Under the pieces are notes generated by a model that was given only the letters and a program-made list of their open reading frames with translations, was not told where the DNA came from and ran no database searches. A DNA stretch of 64,000 nt from an uncultured Nannocystaceae bacterium (GTDB lineage Bacteria; Myxococcota_A; Bradymonadia; UBA7976; UBA1532): positions 20,747 to 84,746 of the forward strand of contig CAYOBQ010000012.1 of NCBI GenBank assembly GCA_964402225.1. Direction: 5' to 3'. Position numbers and translations under genes: made by a program. Of this stretch, positions 59,808 to 64,000 are shown piece by piece; position 1 is the stretch's first letter, and each line of letters starts with the position of its first letter.

Positions 59808-60421
59808 TTCTCGGCCTCAACACCGATGTCCGGCACAAGGGCAAGACCTTCCACATCCAGACCGAGGACTCCGGCGTCACCAACCCGGTGCTGATCACCC
59901 ACGTCTTCATCGGCGGCACCATCATCGCCACCCGCAAGTCGAGCTACGACGACGCGCTGAAACGCGATGACCTCGAGAAGCACGTGCGACGCCTGATGCG
60001 CGCCCAGCACCGCGCCGCCCACGAGGCGGTGAGCGAGGGTGAGTTCGACGAGGTCGCCCGCACCGCGCGCGCCAAGAAGAGCGTCAGCGACATCCCGCTG
60101 GCGAAGAAGAGGGGCCCCGTCGGCGTGATGTCGGGGCGCCCCGAGCCGCGCACCGTCACCGCGCCGCCGCCCGAGGAGTCCATCGAGGAGCTCGACGCCG
60201 CCGATCTCGAGCCGGTGAAGGAGCCTGCGGCGGTCAAGCGAGCGCCCACCACGCCGCCGCCCCCCCCCGCGGGCTCGATCCGCACCCCGGCGCCGGCCGA
60301 GGAGTTGGTGCCCGATCAGACGGCCAACGGCTTCGTCGAGTACCCCACCGACCTCATCTCCGGGCGCCCGCTCGATCCGGTCCTGGTCGCGTGGCTCCTG
60401 GAGGACGAGCAGCCCACGTGA
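59804..60421 (+). CDS. Hypothetical protein (N-terminal HIQTEDSG domain, Pro-rich tail)
   Basis: GLNTDVRHKGKTFHIQTEDSG...MRAQH; 4-nt overlaps with both neighbours. Confidence 0.8.
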   Translation: MILGLNTDVRHKGKTFHIQTEDSGVTNPVLITHVFIGGTIIATRKSSYDDALKRDDLEKHVRRLMRAQHRAAHEAVSEGEFDEVARTARAKKSVSDIPLAKKRGPVGVMSGRPEPRTVTAPPPEESIEELDAADLEPVKEPAAVKRAPTTPPPPPAGSIRTPAPAEELVPDQTANGFVEYPTDLISGRPLDPVLVAWLLEDEQPT

Positions 60422-61143
60422 GCCAAGAGAGCGCCGACCGGCGGCGAAGGGACCGTCGGCTCTCCCAGGCGCCGTCGGACCAGATCGTCCAGATGTTCCA
60501 CGTCTCGAAGCGCTACACCCGCGACAGCCTCGCCCTGGAGGACGTCTCGCTCACCCTCGACAAGGGCGACTTCGTCTTCCTCGCGGGACCATCCGGGGCC
60601 GGCAAGAGCACCCTGATGAAGCTCCTCTTCTGCGCCGAGAAGCCCACCCAGGGACAGATCATCGTCGCCGGCCTCAACGTGCACCGCATCCAGCGGGAGT
60701 CGATCCCGTTCCTGCGGCGCAACATCGGCGTGGTCTTCCAGGACTTCAAGCTGCTCAACCGCCGCAGCGTCTTCGACAACGTCGCCTTCGCCCTCGAGGT
60801 GCTGGGCCGCCCCCGGCGAGAGATCAAGCGCCGCGTGACCACCGTGCTGCGCCAGGTGGGGCTGGGCGACAAGCTCCTGCACAGCCCTCAACGCCTCTCG
60901 GGCGGCGAGCAGCAACGCGTCGCGATCGCCCGCGCGCTGGTGAACGAACCCGCCTTGCTGCTCGCCGACGAGCCGACGGGCAACCTCGATCCGAAGCTCA
61001 CGATCGACATCATGGATTTGCTCTGCGAGGCCAACGTCCGGGGGACGACGATCGTGGTGGCCACCCACGACCCGACCGTCCTGGACCGGTACCGCAAGCG
61101 GGTGGTCACCCTCGAGCGTGGCCGCCTGATCGACGACGCGTGA
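60418..61143 (+). CDS. ftsE: Cell division ATP-binding protein
   Basis: GPSGAGKS, LRRNIGVVFQDFKLL, LSGGEQQR, ADEPTGNLD; followed by ftsX. Confidence 0.94.
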   Translation: MSQESADRRRRDRRLSQAPSDQIVQMFHVSKRYTRDSLALEDVSLTLDKGDFVFLAGPSGAGKSTLMKLLFCAEKPTQGQIIVAGLNVHRIQRESIPFLRRNIGVVFQDFKLLNRRSVFDNVAFALEVLGRPRREIKRRVTTVLRQVGLGDKLLHSPQRLSGGEQQRVAIARALVNEPALLLADEPTGNLDPKLTIDIMDLLCEANVRGTTIVVATHDPTVLDRYRKRVVTLERGRLIDDA

Positions 61144-61150
61144 ACCGCTG

Positions 61151-62071
61151 ATGTGGCGCCGACTCCAATACTTCAGCGGCAAGGCCGTCGCCGCGATGCG
61201 CGCCACGCCGGTCGTGCAGCTCATCTCCGTGACGACCATCGCGGTCTCGATGATGGTGTTGGGCGTGGTGATCACGCTGGTGCAAAACGTCGACCGCCTC
61301 GCCGACCGCTGGGGGCAGCAAGTGCGGGTGGTCGCCTTCCTGAGCGCCGACGCCACCTCGGACACCCTGGCGCAGGCCGAGGCGCAGATCGCCACCTGGG
61401 ACGAGGTGCTCACGGTGGCGAGCCGCACCCGAGAGCAGGCGATGGCCGAGTTCCGGGCGGCCCTCGGGCGTGACGCGCCGCTCCTCGACGGCGTCGACGC
61501 GGCCCTCGTGCCGGCCTCCATCGAGGTCGCGCTGCGCGAGGAGGCCCGCAACCCCGACGCGATGGGCGCGGTCGCCACCCGGCTCCGTCAACTCCCCGGC
61601 ACCGGCGAGGTCGACCACGTCGACTACGGGCAGGACCTCGTCGCTCGGCTCCACGGGCTGCGCGACTTCCTGCGCCTCGGTGGCCTGGTGGTCGGCGTGC
61701 TGGTGGCCCTGGCGGTGGTCTTCATCATCTCCAACACCGTGCGGCTCGGACTCTACGCGCGCCGCGAAGAGCTGGAGATCATGCAGCTCGTGGGCGCCAC
61801 CGACGGGTTCATTCGCGCCCCCTTCTATCTCGAAGGGGCGGTCCAGGGCACCCTCGGCGCGGTGTGCGGCGTGGTGCTCTTGTGGGCCGTCTACCGGGTC
61901 GTGCTCCCGGCGGGGGAGCGGGTGCTGCAGTTCGACTTGTTGCAGGTCCGCCTCGACTTTCCGCCCCTCGATACCTTGATGCTGCTGGTCGCGGGCGCAG
62001 CCGCCGTGGGCGTCCTCGCCAGCCACCTCTCCACGACGCGCTTTCTGCGTGGGCGCGGCGATCTGCTTTGA
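61151..62071 (+). CDS. ftsX: Cell division permease
   Basis: IISNTVRL..YARREELEIMQLVGAT..FIRAPF. Confidence 0.94.
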   Translation: MWRRLQYFSGKAVAAMRATPVVQLISVTTIAVSMMVLGVVITLVQNVDRLADRWGQQVRVVAFLSADATSDTLAQAEAQIATWDEVLTVASRTREQAMAEFRAALGRDAPLLDGVDAALVPASIEVALREEARNPDAMGAVATRLRQLPGTGEVDHVDYGQDLVARLHGLRDFLRLGGLVVGVLVALAVVFIISNTVRLGLYARREELEIMQLVGATDGFIRAPFYLEGAVQGTLGAVCGVVLLWAVYRVVLPAGERVLQFDLLQVRLDFPPLDTLMLLVAGAAAVGVLASHLSTTRFLRGRGDLL

Positions 62072-63129
62072 CCGGGTTCATCCTCGTCGGCCTGCTCGCC
62101 GCCACCGGGGCCGCCGAGGAGCGCCCCGCCGACCGCGCGAATCGGCTGCTCTCCCAAGAGCACGACGTCATCGACGTCCTCGACGCGCTGGACCTCCAGA
62201 TCGTGCGCATCGGCAACGCCCACCGGGAGGCGGGGCGCGACCTCGCCGCCCTCGAGGAGAGCCGCGCGCGGCTGGAGGTGGAGCTCGCGCAGGTCAACGT
62301 TCGCCTCGCGGCCCACCGCGAGCGCCTGGCCAAACGGATTCGGGTCCGCCACCGCCTGGACGACGCCGGCGTGATGCGCATCCTGCTCGACGCCGACGCC
62401 CCCACGGACTTCGTCCGCCGGCGCCACTATCTGCGGGAGGTGCTGACCGCGGACCTGAAGCTCCTACGCGACGCCAACGCCGACCACACGCTGCGCAGCG
62501 CGTTGCTGAAGCAGCAAGCGGAGACGATCGCCGGGCTCCGCAAAGCGTCTGGGGCCCTCGACGCCAACTACCAGGCGTTGCGCACCGAGCGGGCGGTCCG
62601 CGCCGAGATGCTGTCCGTGGTGCGCCGGGAGCGACGCCTCGTCGAGCGCATGCTGGACGGGCGGAAGCGCGCGCGCGCCGCCCTCGACGAGCAGGTCGAG
62701 GCCGAGCCGCAGGGGGCGCCGACGGGCTTCGAGGCGGAGCGCGGTCAGCTCCCGCCCCCTCTGGCGGGGCGTCGGCTGCGCGGGTTCGGCAAGCACACCG
62801 ACGCCGCGCTGGGGACCGAGACCTTCCACAAGGGGATCGCCATCGAGGCGAGGCTCGGAGACCGGGTCCGCGCCGTCTTCGCGGGCCGCGTGGTCTACGC
62901 CGGGTGGTATAAGGGCTTCGGAAACCTCGTGATCGTCGACCACGGTGACCGCTATCACACGCTCTACGCCCACCTCTCCGCGATCTCCAAGGCCCGCGGC
63001 GAGCAGGTCCTGCAAGGCGCCGTGGTGGGCGAGGCCGGTGACGCCGGCTCCCTGCGAGGTCCCGAGCTCTACTTCGAACTCCGCCAGCGCGGGCAACCGA
63101 TCGATCCGGCGCGATGGCTGAGACGATGA
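62068..63129 (+). CDS. envC: Murein hydrolase activator EnvC-like (coiled coil + degenerate M23)
   Basis: M23 fold with lost Zn ligands (HKGIAI, GPELYF); TTGA-coupled to ftsX. Confidence 0.88.
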   Translation: MTGFILVGLLAATGAAEERPADRANRLLSQEHDVIDVLDALDLQIVRIGNAHREAGRDLAALEESRARLEVELAQVNVRLAAHRERLAKRIRVRHRLDDAGVMRILLDADAPTDFVRRRHYLREVLTADLKLLRDANADHTLRSALLKQQAETIAGLRKASGALDANYQALRTERAVRAEMLSVVRRERRLVERMLDGRKRARAALDEQVEAEPQGAPTGFEAERGQLPPPLAGRRLRGFGKHTDAALGTETFHKGIAIEARLGDRVRAVFAGRVVYAGWYKGFGNLVIVDHGDRYHTLYAHLSAISKARGEQVLQGAVVGEAGDAGSLRGPELYFELRQRGQPIDPARWLRR

Positions 63130-64000
63130 AGGGCATCGCCCCCTGGATCGCGGCGGCGGCGGTGCTCGGCGCCGTGCTCGCGGTGGTGATCGACCGCGGC
63201 GTGGTGAGAGACGTGGCGCCGAGCGCGGCCCCCCCCGCGCCGAGATCGCCGCGGGGAGCGCCACCGGCGCCGATCGAGGCGGGGCCCGCCCGGCAGCTCG
63301 TGGTCGGGGCGCTGGTGGGGCTCGGCGCGCCGTCGAAGGCCATCGGGCATGGCGTCTACCCGCTGCGGGGGGAGGGGCGGCGCCCCGACGAGACGATCCC
63401 GTTGGTCAGCTTCACCTGCCCGGCGGGGAAGTCCTGCCCCGCCGTCTTCGCGCTCATCGAGGCCAAGGCCCGCGGCGCTGGCTACGAGGTGGTGGGCAGC
63501 CGGGAGGGGGATCGCCCCGGCCGCCCCGTCTTCCGCGCCCTCGCGCTCGGTGGGCGCCCCGCCCTCGCCGTTCGCGCCTTTCCGCCGGGACCACGGTTGG
63601 CCCTCGTCGTGGCCGAGGTCGGACGCGAGCCGGGCCTGCTCGACGCGCTGCTGGCCCTCGACGAGGACGTGACCTTCGCGGTCGCAGCCGAGGCGCCGCA
63701 CGCGGCGGAGGTCGCCAAGCGGTTGGGGGCGGCGCGCCGCGAGGTCGTGGCCCACCTGCCGATGGAGCCGGCCCCCCCCCGCACCCCGGATGGACCCGAC
63801 TTCCTCACCACGGCGATGAGCCCCGAAACGGTCGGCCCCAAGGTCGACGCGCTCCTCGGCCGGGTGCCGGGGGCGGTGGGGGCGAGCAACTTCCAGGGCA
63901 GCCGCCTGACCACCTCGCGGCCCCACATGAGCGCGGTCCTCGAGCGGCTGTCGAAGCGGTCGCTTTTCTACCTCGACAATCGGGCGAGCCCGGCCTCGGT
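63126..64000 (+). CDS. Divergent polysaccharide deacetylase (YibQ family), 3' end truncated by the window edge
   Basis: ATGA-coupled; frame reads EVVAHLPMEP, VPGAVGASNFQGSRLT, FYLDNR. Confidence 0.85.
   Translation, partial: MKGIAPWIAAAAVLGAVLAVVIDRGVVRDVAPSAAPPAPRSPRGAPPAPIEAGPARQLVVGALVGLGAPSKAIGHGVYPLRGEGRRPDETIPLVSFTCPAGKSCPAVFALIEAKARGAGYEVVGSREGDRPGRPVFRALALGGRPALAVRAFPPGPRLALVVAEVGREPGLLDALLALDEDVTFAVAAEAPHAAEVAKRLGAARREVVAHLPMEPAPPRTPDGPDFLTTAMSPETVGPKVDALLGRVPGAVGASNFQGSRLTTSRPHMSAVLERLSKRSLFYLDNRASPAS

Overview
High-GC bacterial chromosome segment. The gene content points to Myxococcota or a related deltaproteobacterial lineage (inference from Ser/Thr kinases, PEGA/TPR proteins, many lipoproteins, CarD/CdnL and the tRNA-Gln-prs-rplY-pth...rpsF-rpsR-rplI-dnaB order). 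Most of the window is housekeeping and envelope genes: a TRAP permease, an S1 paralogue, carD, dnaB, r-proteins, hppA, prs, two HU genes, ugd, lysC, cysM/cysE, nth, an RND + LolA-like + outer-membrane barrel module, murI and ftsEX-envC-yibQ. Four things stand out. (1) A 169-bp fully palindromic miniature element occurs twice; one copy is inserted in frame (+55 codons) into the signal peptide of an outer-membrane protein gene. (2) An ABC-ATPase / broken TOPRIM-like gene / DUF262 candidate defence cassette interrupts the pth-rpsF operon, with the other palindromic copy at its edge. (3) An ~860-bp gap between the S1 paralogue and the carD operon carries a near-consensus sigma70 promoter, an 11-bp direct repeat, a terminator and a tRNA-like T-arm, suggesting an unannotated ncRNA. 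(4) A pseudokinase with a duplicated ribosome-binding region heads the RND module. All calls come from reading the sequence by eye; no database searches or folding programs were run.
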